From: an uncultured Treponema sp.
GTDB taxonomy: Bacteria; Spirochaetota; Spirochaetia; Treponematales; Rectinemataceae
Direction of reading: 5' to 3'
Assembly (NCBI GenBank): GCA_964531105.1
Contig: CAZHFN010000002.1
Span: 38,322 to 102,321 of the forward strand
Length of the DNA: 64,000 bases
In this document: in pieces, positions 36,789-45,676 of the stretch
How the letters are laid out: every line of letters begins with the position of its first letter
Position numbering within the stretch: the first letter of the stretch is position 1
Program-made: the position numbers and the translations under genes
Notes under the pieces: generated by a model
The model's database searches: none
What the model saw: only the letters and a program-made list of their open reading frames with translations
Told to the model about the DNA's origin: nothing

Positions 36789-38228
36789 TCATCCTCCCGA
36801 ACCCATGCTCCTGGTGTATGCCTGGCTTCCGGGTGGCAGAGGACGAACCTTCGCGAATGCTGCGAGCAACTCGCTCAAAGCATCAGGCACGGGGTAATCG
36901 GGGTTGGTAAAGGAATCGAAATTTTCATCTTCCGTACTTACCTGCTTGAGGGCATAATTCATGGAGGGAATGATTCTCGCCGATGCTCTGGGCAAGGCGT
37001 CTAGAAGCTTTTCGAAAGAAGCGGGGGAAACCTGCATATCCTTTTCGCCATAGAGGAAGAGGACAGGAACCTGCAACCTGGAGAATTCTTCCTCCGGATT
37101 GTAGGAAAGCCAGGATTTTAGCCAGGGAATGCGGGGTGTCGAAAAGAAATCCGCCAGAACGGGCGAAGGCTTGGGAAAATCTTCCCCGGCGAGAATAGCC
37201 TTTATCAGCAATTCTCCCTCTTCCCGAATCCCAGGATCGAGGTCCTCCAGAGACATTCGCAGGACATCTAGTGGTTTTTCTCCCGAGACTGTCATGCCCA
37301 CCAACCCGTCGACAAAGATACCTTTTTCCTCAAGGGTATTGACTGCCGCAGCACCAATCCAAGCCCCTTCGTTCATGCCGGCCACGATATAGCGGGAAAA
37401 GCCCCCTCTTCGCAGAAAGCCTTCGATTATCAGTGTGGCATCATCTATCTGTTCCTGCAGGCTGGCGGCTACACCTGAAGAAACCAGGGAGTAGGCTTCT
37501 CCCGATCCCCGTTTATCGTATCTGAAGCTGGCTACTCCCCTCACCGCAAGCGCCTGCGCCAGTAGAGCAAGGCTGTCCGAGCGGCCGGGAACGCTAAAAT
37601 TATTGCCGTTTCTGTCGCTGTTGCCGGAACCTGAAAGGAGTATTACCAGGGGAGGTTCTCCCGTGCGGACCATCGGCAGAAGAAGGGTTCCCGGGAGTCT
37701 TTGTCCTGCTGCATCGACGCCCATCCTCAGTTCACTGGACTGGAGCTTTTCTTCTTCCAAAGCCAGCCTGAAACTACCTTTCCAAGACTTGGATTTAGCC
37801 GTACCCAGAATTGCTTTTACTGAAGCCGCATAGACACCCTCGAAGAGGAGTTCTTCATCGGGGCCTAGGGCACCGAAGGAAAAACGCAGCGTAGAGGAAT
37901 TCCAGGATACTTGGTCCAGGGGATAGCCGTACATGGACTGCTCAGGTATATCCATGAGAGCACCTCGCCCCTGTTCCAGAATCTTGAGGCTGATAGGTGC
38001 CTGGAGCGATGAAACATCATCCGTACTGCCTTTACCGGCGTTGCCATCCTTGCGTATTGCCAGGCTTCCCATCCATAGACCAGCACTGATGCCTGTCATC
38101 GCTGGCACCGACGGAGAGGCTGATGCCTGGGCATAGGGAGATGGAAGGGGGAATGCCAGAGAAAGAACCAAGCCAAGCAGGAGGGGGATGTGTTTCACTT
38201 TACCTTTAGCTCCTGACAGCCTCCGCAA
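36789..38228 (-). CDS. Secreted alpha/beta-hydrolase-fold protein, apparently lacking catalytic Ser and His
   Basis: 479 aa with a signal peptide. Hydrolase-fold core (PLVILLSGSGNSDRNGNN ... RYIVAGMNEGAWIGAAA ... VLFLYGEKDMQV ... IIPSMNYAL). The nucleophile-elbow position reads G-M-N-E-G. Confidence 0.7.
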   Translation of the reverse strand: MRRLSGAKGKVKHIPLLLGLVLSLAFPLPSPYAQASASPSVPAMTGISAGLWMGSLAIRKDGNAGKGSTDDVSSLQAPISLKILEQGRGALMDIPEQSMYGYPLDQVSWNSSTLRFSFGALGPDEELLFEGVYAASVKAILGTAKSKSWKGSFRLALEEEKLQSSELRMGVDAAGQRLPGTLLLPMVRTGEPPLVILLSGSGNSDRNGNNFSVPGRSDSLALLAQALAVRGVASFRYDKRGSGEAYSLVSSGVAASLQEQIDDATLIIEGFLRRGGFSRYIVAGMNEGAWIGAAAVNTLEEKGIFVDGLVGMTVSGEKPLDVLRMSLEDLDPGIREEGELLIKAILAGEDFPKPSPVLADFFSTPRIPWLKSWLSYNPEEEFSRLQVPVLFLYGEKDMQVSPASFEKLLDALPRASARIIPSMNYALKQVSTEDENFDSFTNPDYPVPDALSELLAAFAKVRPLPPGSQAYTRSMGSGG

Positions 38229-38835
38229 ATCGCGTGTACACGACTTCGGGATCGCCAGTGCCGTCTATGGTAACCAATGTGCCTTTATTACCATACCAAT
38301 TAATGAGAGGCGCGGTCTGATCTCTGTAAGCCCCGAGTCTGGTTCGGATGGATTCTTCCCTGTCGTCGGCTCTGGTGTACAGATCGGCTCCACAGGCATC
38401 GCAGCGCCCCTCCACCGAGGGAGGCATGCTGACGATGTGGTAGATTTTTCCGCAGCCTGTGCATATCCGCCGACCGGTAAGGCGCTTTAGTATTACCGCA
38501 TCTTCCACATCGAAATTTACGACCCAGTCTAGGCTTCCAATGCCCTCCAGCGCCTGGGCCTGGCCGATGGTACGGGGAAAGCCATCCAGGATCCAGCCTT
38601 TCAGTGCATCGGGCGAAGCAAGCCTCTCCCTCACCAAGGCGATGGTGAGTTCATCGGGCACAAGCTTGCCCTCGTCCAGAATGCCCTTAACCTTTTTTCC
38701 CAGGTCGGTGCCATTTTTAATGGCCGCCCTGAAAAGATCGCCGGTAGAAATGTGGGGCAGCCCCATTCTAGAGGATGCCAGGCCGGCCAGAGTTCCCTTG
38801 CCAGCCCCTGGGGGGCCGAGAAATACCATTTTCAT
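38206..38835 (-). CDS. adk: Adenylate kinase (Zn-lid type)
   Basis: MKMVFLGPPGAGKGT P-loop. Lid CTGCGKIYH ... CDACG. GGAGAA RBS 8 nt upstream of ATG 38835. Confidence 0.93.
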   Translation of the reverse strand: MKMVFLGPPGAGKGTLAGLASSRMGLPHISTGDLFRAAIKNGTDLGKKVKGILDEGKLVPDELTIALVRERLASPDALKGWILDGFPRTIGQAQALEGIGSLDWVVNFDVEDAVILKRLTGRRICTGCGKIYHIVSMPPSVEGRCDACGADLYTRADDREESIRTRLGAYRDQTAPLINWYGNKGTLVTIDGTGDPEVVYTRFAEAVRS

Positions 38836-38910
38836 TGTCGTTGTTCTCCAATCTTCGATAGTATGAGGTAGCATGAATTTATTGATTATCCCAAGGCAGG
38901 GAAAATAATG

Positions 38911-39807
38911 CTAGACCCCGGACCAGGGCTGGTTCATATTGTAGCGGAAGAGTATTTCCAGCTTATCCCGTATTCCCTCCGTGGGAAGCACGAGGGTAAT
39001 AGCCCTGTTCTCTCTGAAATCGGTACTAGAAGGCGTACCTACTACGCTTTTTTCCATAAAAACAGGGACTTCCAGGCTCCGAATTCTTTGGAGATAGGGG
39101 GAAAAGCTGCCTCTCACCTGTCTTCGGGCAACGTGGATAGAATGGCTGAATTCCACGCCCGAAAGCGAGGCCTGCCGCCTCCATACCCTCAAGTCTTCCT
39201 CCAGAAAATCCGTGGCAATGGGCAGGACGTCGGAACCGATGAGATGGGTAAGTTCTAGTTTCATGCCTGTATGCATGGCAATAAAACGACGCACAATTTC
39301 TATCGTGTCAGCATTGGCCCCTATATCCAAAGGCAAGATGAATGGCTCGAAGAGCCCCGTTAGCTGCATCTTCATTATCTGGTAGCGAAAGGAATAATCG
39401 GTTTTGCGGGGTTTTCCTTCGTTCTGCGAGCCTTCAGGCACTACAATGAGAATGTCCGATCTACTCATCGAGGAAGCCAGAAGCCTGAGGGCTATGGTGA
39501 GGTGGGTTAGCTGGAATGGGTCGAAGGATCCGATGTAGAGGGCTACTCGGGCGACTCCTCCGGGATACCTGACAATCCGCGGATAGTCCCTTGTATCCAG
39601 TGGGTGGATGTCGCCTTTTGCGGCTTTAACGTCTATGTCAAAAAGCGCTTTAACAATGCGTTGTTCATAGTAGCTGTAGTCGTGCAACTCGCCTGGGCCC
39701 AAGTAGCCAACATGAGGAAGGGATTCAAAAATCTTCTTGAGACGCCTGGCCAGTAACTCTACTTTGGGATTGGAGAATTTGGAGGGCCAGAGACAGGGGA
39801 AATACAT
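38911..39807 (-). CDS. NadD-like cytidylyltransferase-fold protein with degenerate HxGH motif
   Basis: YIGSFDPFQLTHL occupies the place of GGxFDPxHxGH, and SSTDFRE fits the ISSTxIR motif. Start set at MYFPCLW (GAGGAG 7 nt upstream). The ORF extends to 39924 through A/T-rich sequence. Confidence 0.5.
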   Translation of the reverse strand: MYFPCLWPSKFSNPKVELLARRLKKIFESLPHVGYLGPGELHDYSYYEQRIVKALFDIDVKAAKGDIHPLDTRDYPRIVRYPGGVARVALYIGSFDPFQLTHLTIALRLLASSMSRSDILIVVPEGSQNEGKPRKTDYSFRYQIMKMQLTGLFEPFILPLDIGANADTIEIVRRFIAMHTGMKLELTHLIGSDVLPIATDFLEEDLRVWRRQASLSGVEFSHSIHVARRQVRGSFSPYLQRIRSLEVPVFMEKSVVGTPSSTDFRENRAITLVLPTEGIRDKLEILFRYNMNQPWSGV

Positions 39808-39991
39808 ATTTGTTCTCCTCGAAGCCCTCGATTCCTCGGATCCATCCATTACATCAGTATTCCTTGAAAATTGGAAAAAGGCAAATAAAAAATAAAAGCA
39901 TCTTTTAAGTATATTTTTATCCAATTATGTCTTAGGTAATGCGATCAATAAATATATTTTTAATTTATCTGATTTTATCGATATTTTTTTC

Positions 39992-40020
39992 TTGACAAAC
40001 CAAAACAAGCCTCGTATTCT
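39992..40020 (+). promoter_or_regulatory. Sigma-70-type promoter of the hydrogenase operon
   Basis: TTGACA (39992-39997), 17-nt spacer, TATTCT (40015-40020), preceded by an A/T-rich tract. Interleaved inverted repeats ATTCT/AGAAT and GTTCC/GGAAC (40016-40039) overlap the -10/+1 region. Confidence 0.5.
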
Positions 40021-40092
40021 GTTCCCTAGAATCCGGAACCACCGTTGTACCTGCAGTCCTGCGCATCGGTTCAATTAGGACAAGGAGGCCGT

Positions 40093-40608
40093 ATGCAAAC
40101 GACCGCTTCCAGGCAATCGAGTCCCGGCATCGAAAAAATAATCCATACGTACCAAGGGACGCCAGGAGCGCTGCTTAAGGTTCTTGAGCACGTTCAGGAA
40201 GAGGATCCGAAACACTTTCTTTCGGAAACCTCGCTAAGAGAAATCTCGGGATTGATGAAAATCCCACTGTCCCAAGTATATTCCATGGCCACTTTTTACT
40301 CCTTCTTCAATCTTAAACCCCAGGGCAAGCACTCCATAGTAGTTTGCCGCGGGACGGCCTGCCACACCAGAGGTTCATTATCCCTATTAAACGAAGCCCT
40401 GGCACGAATGGGTATACAGGAATTCAAGGAAGAAGAGGAAAATTCAGCTACAAGCCTGGACGGATTCGCATCCATACGCACCGTGGCTTGCTTTGGCCAG
40501 TGCGCCTTGGCACCGGTAGTGCAGATCGACGGGGTGGTAAAGTCCAGGATGACCATAGGTAAATTGGTCACCATCCTGGAAAAGATGAAGAAAGGAGGGG
40601 ACCGATGA
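40093..40608 (+). CDS. hydC: NuoE/HydC-like [2Fe-2S] subunit of [FeFe]-hydrogenase
   Basis: Start at MQTTASRQ (AAGGAGG 5 nt upstream). Thioredoxin-like 2Fe-2S motifs CRGTACH ... CFGQCALAP. Confidence 0.88.
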   Translation: MQTTASRQSSPGIEKIIHTYQGTPGALLKVLEHVQEEDPKHFLSETSLREISGLMKIPLSQVYSMATFYSFFNLKPQGKHSIVVCRGTACHTRGSLSLLNEALARMGIQEFKEEEENSATSLDGFASIRTVACFGQCALAPVVQIDGVVKSRMTIGKLVTILEKMKKGGDR

Positions 40609-43600
40609 AAGCCGTAACCGATCTTGGAAGCCTGAGAAAGGAAGGCCTCTCCCATGTCTTCAACGGAAAGCCCTGGGTTTCTGTTGGTCTGGGCACCTGT
40701 GGTATAGGTAACGGAGCCGATGAAGTTTTTGCGGTTCTCCAGGAAGGCGTAAAGACCGATAAACTGGATGCCAGGGTGCGCAGAGTGGGATGCTTCGGCT
40801 TCTGCGCCGCCGAACCTATTGTGATGATCTACAGGCCAGGCAAGCCGGTGCTTATGTTCTCCGAAGTAAAACCACTCAAAGCCCTATCGCTCCTCAAAGC
40901 CTTAGCCGATGACGCTGCATTCGATAAGGCCGCCAAACTGGCTGAGGCTAAAATAGAATCCTGGGATTTCAGGACTCATTCTCTTTCCTTTGGTGAAGCG
41001 TACCCTTTCCTCCCCTCCTGGAAAGAACTGGCTTTCTTCAAGGGCCAGGAAAAGCTCGTGCTACGAGACTGTGGACTGATCGATCCTGAACAAATCGAGG
41101 AGTATGTCGGAGTAGGCGGCTATACTGGCTTGCTCAAAGCCCTCTCCACCATGACCCCCGACTCGATAATCGAGGAACTCAAAAAATCAGGACTACGGGG
41201 AAGAGGAGGCGCTGGCTTTCCTACGTGGAAAAAGTGGCGGATCATGCGGGACAATGTCCTGGCGAATCCCGGAGAGGCCTATGTCATATGCAACGCCGAC
41301 GAAGGCGATCCGGGCGCCTACATGAACCGCAACGAAATCGAATCGGATCCCCATATGCTCCTGGAAGGCATCATCATTGGCGCCTATGCCATGGGCGCTA
41401 CCAAGGGCATTGTCTATGTGAGAGCTGAATATCCCCTGGCAGTTGAACGCTTCACTAAAGCCCTTGCGCAGGCAAGGGCTGCAGGTCTCCTGGGAAAGAA
41501 TATTCTGGGCAGCAAATTCAGCTTTGACCTGGAAATAGTGACCGGCGCAGGCGCCTTTGTCTGCGGCGAGGAAACCGCCCTCATAGCCTCTATCGAAGGC
41601 AAGGCCGGCAGACCTTCGCCCAGGCCTCCCTTCCCCGCCCAGCAGGGCTTGTACGGAAGACCCACCACAATCAACAACGTCGAAACCTGGTGTAATATCC
41701 CCCTCATACTTGCCCGGGGCGGTGAATACTTCTCCTCCTTCGGGACAGCCAACAGCAGGGGTACCAAGGTGTTCTCCTTCGTAGGCAAGGTGCGCAACAC
41801 GGGCCTCGTGGAGCTACCCATGGGCTCTACACTGGAGAGTGCCGTATACGGAATCTGCGAAGGCATGGGTCCTAAAAAGAAAATCAAGGGTCTCCAGTCC
41901 GGCGGACCATCAGGAGGATGCATACCAGCCTCCCTCTTCAAAACACCCATCGATTATGAACATCTCACCGAATTAGGCGCCATTATGGGGTCAGGCGGCA
42001 TGGTGGTCATGGATCAAGATAACTGCATGGTGGACGTTGCCCGCTACTTCATCAGCTTTACCGCCAACGAATCCTGCGGCAAGTGCACTCCCTGCCGGGA
42101 AGGCACTTCCCAGATGCTGAATATTCTCCAAGGCGTGTCCAACGGGGAAGCCAGCGAACAGGATTTGAAAACCCTGGAATCCCTGGCCTTGGCGGTCAAG
42201 GACTCGGCCCTCTGTGGTCTAGGCCAGACGGCAGCCAACCCAGTGCTTACCACGCTCAAGTATTTCAGGGACGAATACATCCAGCATATCAAGGCCAAGC
42301 GCTGTCCTGCCGGTATTTGTGAAAACCTCTACGTGGCGCTCTGTGAATCCTCCTGCCCCATGCATATGAACATTCCCGGTTATCTCCAACTTCTCAAGGA
42401 GAACAGAATAGAAGACGCATTCGAACTCACCTTGCGGGAAAATCCCTTGCCCGGAGCCTTGGGCAGGATATGCCACTTCCACTGCCGAATGCGCTGTAGA
42501 AGGGACATGCTGGACGAATCTGTGTCCCAGGGCGAGATCCACCGCTATCTGGCCGACTCCATGTACAAGATGGGCAGGGAAAAGACCATCTACAACAAGC
42601 TCATCAAGGAGAAATTGCCTCCCACAGGCAAGAAAATTTCCATTGTAGGCGCCGGTCCTGCGGGACTTTCGGCAGCCTTTTGGCTGAGTCGCTTAGGCCA
42701 CGAGGTTACTGTTTACGAGGCTGAACAGGAAGCCGGAGGCATACTCCGCTGGGGAATCCCCTCCTACAGGCTCCCCAAGGACATTCTCAAGAAGGAAATA
42801 GCCTTCATACAAAAACTAGGTCCTCGATTTATCTTCAATACGAAGATGGAAACTCCCGATCAATGGCAGAGGCTGCTGGACGCATCGGATGCCGTTGTAG
42901 TGGCAGTAGGCGCAGGGCACGAGATAGCCTTGGGCATACCGGGTGAAGATCTGAAAGGGGTTTTTGGAGCAGGGGATTTCCTTAAAAAAATAAGCGAAAA
43001 CCAGAAACCGAAAGTAGGAAGCGAGGTGGTCATTGTCGGCGGAGGCAATTCCGCCATCGACGCAGCCCGCTCTGCCCTAAGACTGGGGGCTTCGGTCACT
43101 ATCGTGTATCGCAGAGCCAGGTCCGATATGCCGGCCAATGCCGAGGAACTCAATGGAGCACTAGAGGAAGGAATCACCGTCCTCTGCATGACCCAGCCTG
43201 TGGAGGTTGTAAGCCAGGGCACAGGGACTGCCCAGCGGGTTAAGGCGCTGAAGGTCCAGCGTATGAAGGCGGGTCCGGTGGACAGTTCTGGCCGTCCTAC
43301 CCCAGTGCCCACCAGTGAATTCTATGAAATACCCTGCGATTCAATAATCGTTGCCTTTGGAGAGAAAGTGAGGATCCCCGGCCTGGAAAACCTCGAGGTA
43401 ACCATGGAGAGGGACGGAAGGCTCAAGGTCGACCCCTACTCGCTAAAATCGGCCAATGACAAGCTCTTTGCCTGCGGCGACGCGGTGATGGGACCTGCCA
43501 CGGCCGCAGAAGCCATGGGGCAGGCCAGGGTGGTATCGGAAGTACTGGATGAAAGCCTTACAGGCCAAAAACGTTTCTTCAAGCTCTTCCGGCATTTCGA

Positions 43601-43805
43601 CTACAAAATGGAAGTGCCTAATAAACTCACCAAAGCCAAGATGATCAGAGCAACCTTCATACCGGTGGATGCACGCAAGAACAATTTTATGGAAATCTCC
43701 CTGGGATATACGGGGGAACAGGCCAGAATAGAGGCCGACCGCTGTCTCCGCTGCGATGTCAGGGATCGAAAGCGCGAAACCTACAGCGCACCGGTAGAGG
43801 AATAA
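40605..43805 (+). CDS. hydB: NuoF/HydB-like flavoprotein fused to a GltD/NfnB-like FAD/NADPH oxidoreductase module
   Basis: 1066 aa. aa 1-130: Trx-like 2Fe-2S (GTCGIGNG ... CFGFCAAEP). aa 135-560: NuoF (GRGGAGFPTWKKW, ESCGKCTPCREG). aa 565-985: GltD-like (CESSCPMHMNIP, GRICHFHCRMRC, IVGAGPAGLSAA, IVGGGNSAIDAA ... VYRR, FACGD). Confidence 0.88.
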   Translation: MKAVTDLGSLRKEGLSHVFNGKPWVSVGLGTCGIGNGADEVFAVLQEGVKTDKLDARVRRVGCFGFCAAEPIVMIYRPGKPVLMFSEVKPLKALSLLKALADDAAFDKAAKLAEAKIESWDFRTHSLSFGEAYPFLPSWKELAFFKGQEKLVLRDCGLIDPEQIEEYVGVGGYTGLLKALSTMTPDSIIEELKKSGLRGRGGAGFPTWKKWRIMRDNVLANPGEAYVICNADEGDPGAYMNRNEIESDPHMLLEGIIIGAYAMGATKGIVYVRAEYPLAVERFTKALAQARAAGLLGKNILGSKFSFDLEIVTGAGAFVCGEETALIASIEGKAGRPSPRPPFPAQQGLYGRPTTINNVETWCNIPLILARGGEYFSSFGTANSRGTKVFSFVGKVRNTGLVELPMGSTLESAVYGICEGMGPKKKIKGLQSGGPSGGCIPASLFKTPIDYEHLTELGAIMGSGGMVVMDQDNCMVDVARYFISFTANESCGKCTPCREGTSQMLNILQGVSNGEASEQDLKTLESLALAVKDSALCGLGQTAANPVLTTLKYFRDEYIQHIKAKRCPAGICENLYVALCESSCPMHMNIPGYLQLLKENRIEDAFELTLRENPLPGALGRICHFHCRMRCRRDMLDESVSQGEIHRYLADSMYKMGREKTIYNKLIKEKLPPTGKKISIVGAGPAGLSAAFWLSRLGHEVTVYEAEQEAGGILRWGIPSYRLPKDILKKEIAFIQKLGPRFIFNTKMETPDQWQRLLDASDAVVVAVGAGHEIALGIPGEDLKGVFGAGDFLKKISENQKPKVGSEVVIVGGGNSAIDAARSALRLGASVTIVYRRARSDMPANAEELNGALEEGITVLCMTQPVEVVSQGTGTAQRVKALKVQRMKAGPVDSSGRPTPVPTSEFYEIPCDSIIVAFGEKVRIPGLENLEVTMERDGRLKVDPYSLKSANDKLFACGDAVMGPATAAEAMGQARVVSEVLDESLTGQKRFFKLFRHFDYKMEVPNKLTKAKMIRATFIPVDARKNNFMEISLGYTGEQARIEADRCLRCDVRDRKRETYSAPVEE

Positions 43806-43815
43806 GGGGGAGACC

Positions 43816-45597
43816 ATGGAAAAGAAAATGACTTCCATAACTGTGGATGGCGTAAAGGTTGAGGTGGACCCCGATCTGAATTTGGTAGAAGCCTGTGCCA
43901 AGGCAGGCGCCAATATACCTACACTCTGCTTTATGAAGGATATTTCATCCAATGCATCCTGCGGTGTCTGTGTAGTGGAAGTGGAGGGAGCCAAGGCACT
44001 AGTGCGATCCTGTGTGCAAAAACCCATGGAGGGCATGAAAATACGAACCGCCAGCCCCAAGGTGATGAGCGCCAGGAGAACAGCGGTGGAGCTTCTTCTG
44101 GCCAATCACCCCGCCGACTGCCTTTCCTGTATTCGTTCGGGCACCTGTGAATTGCGGGTTATGGCCGAAACGTTAGGCGTAAGGGCATCCCACTATCCCA
44201 AGCTCAAGAAATTCCCCCTTCCAGACACATCCTCCGACGGACTCGTGCGAGACGATTCCAAGTGCATCCTCTGCGGCCGCTGCGTAGCCGTATGTGCCGA
44301 AACACAATCCGTACACGCCATCGCGTTTTCGGGCAGGGGTTCCAGAACCAGGGTGGCTACCTTCATGGATAGAGGCCTCGCCAACAGCCCTTGCATACAG
44401 TGCGGGCAGTGCTCGGTGGTCTGCCCCACCGCGGCTATATCTGAAAAAGATCAATCCTCAGAGGTCATGGCTGCCCTGGGCGATCCAAGGCTGCATATGG
44501 TTATCCAGACCGCTCCCGCCATAAGGGCGTCCTTGGGCGAAGCCCTGGGAATGCCCGCAGGAACCCTGGTAACTGGCAAAATGGTGGCCGCTCTGAGAAG
44601 ACTGGGTTTCTCCAAGGTTTTCGATACCCAGTTCACTGCTGATCTTACTATTATGGAGGAGGGAACAGAATTCATTAGCAGGGTCCAGAATAATGGGAAA
44701 ATGCCTATGATCACCTCTTGTTCCCCCGGCTGGATAAATTTTATAGAAACATTCTATCCCGAACTCCTGGACCACCTTTCCAGCTGTAAAAGCCCACAGC
44801 AGATGTTCGGCGCTGTCGCGAAAACTTTCTATGCCGAAAAAGTGGGTATCGATCCGGCATCCATGAGGGTAGTATCCATAATGCCCTGCACGGCCAAGAA
44901 GGGAGAAGCCAAGCGTAAGGAGATGGATTCTGCCTACCATTGGTGGGAAGAAAAAGCCCAGAAGGCTGGAAAAACTTACAGCGCAGCTCATTACCAGGAT
45001 GTGGATTGGGCGCTCACCACCAGGGAACTGGCCAGGATGATCCGCCAAGCAGCCATAGATATGGCAAGCCTACCCGAAGAAGCCTTCGACAATCCCCTGG
45101 GAGAATCCACCGGCGCGGCCACCATATTCGGCACCACAGGCGGCGTCATGGAAGCCGCACTGCGCACGGTCTATGAAATTCTCGAGGGCAAGCCTCTCCC
45201 ACACACCGATTTCATGCCCGTACGAGGCTTGCAGGGCATCAAGACGGCCGAAGTACCGGTGGCGGGCATGAAGGTAAAGGTAGCCGTAGCTCATGGACTT
45301 AAAAATGCCAGAGCCCTTCTGGATGATATAGCCGCTGGCAATAGCAGTTATCATTTTATCGAAGTAATGGCCTGTCCGGGCGGCTGCATAGGAGGAGGAG
45401 GCCAACCTGTGCTGCCCGACATGAGCAAGAAACTAGCCCGCAACAAGTCGCTCTATAATGAAGATCTACGCTTGCCCGAGCGGAAGTCACATCAAAACGC
45501 CGAGGTTAACGCCCTGTATAAGGAATTTCTGGGCAAACCTGCGGGACACCTTTCGCATGAACTTCTGCACACCCACTATGGGGCAAGAGTTGTGTAG
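43816..45597 (+). CDS. hydA: [FeFe]-hydrogenase catalytic subunit
   Basis: 593 aa. N-terminal 2Fe-2S plus His-ligated and 2x[4Fe-4S] domains. H-cluster motifs TSCSPGW (variant L1), MPCTAKKGE (L2) and EVMACPGGCIGGGGQP (L3). Confidence 0.92.
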   Translation: MEKKMTSITVDGVKVEVDPDLNLVEACAKAGANIPTLCFMKDISSNASCGVCVVEVEGAKALVRSCVQKPMEGMKIRTASPKVMSARRTAVELLLANHPADCLSCIRSGTCELRVMAETLGVRASHYPKLKKFPLPDTSSDGLVRDDSKCILCGRCVAVCAETQSVHAIAFSGRGSRTRVATFMDRGLANSPCIQCGQCSVVCPTAAISEKDQSSEVMAALGDPRLHMVIQTAPAIRASLGEALGMPAGTLVTGKMVAALRRLGFSKVFDTQFTADLTIMEEGTEFISRVQNNGKMPMITSCSPGWINFIETFYPELLDHLSSCKSPQQMFGAVAKTFYAEKVGIDPASMRVVSIMPCTAKKGEAKRKEMDSAYHWWEEKAQKAGKTYSAAHYQDVDWALTTRELARMIRQAAIDMASLPEEAFDNPLGESTGAATIFGTTGGVMEAALRTVYEILEGKPLPHTDFMPVRGLQGIKTAEVPVAGMKVKVAVAHGLKNARALLDDIAAGNSSYHFIEVMACPGGCIGGGGQPVLPDMSKKLARNKSLYNEDLRLPERKSHQNAEVNALYKEFLGKPAGHLSHELLHTHYGARVV

Positions 45598-45625
45598 AGG
45601 ATTTCCCGTTTAGATGAGGCAGGCT

Positions 45626-45662
45626 TGGCCGGCCGCCTTTGCTGGACAAAGGCGGCCGGCCA
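45626..45662 (+). terminator. GC-rich hairpin after hydA (terminator-like, no U tract)
   Basis: 16-bp perfect stem TGGCCGGCCGCCTTTG / CAAAGGCGGCCGGCCA with loop CTGGA. Confidence 0.45.
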
Positions 45663-45676
45663 GGCTATATACAAGC

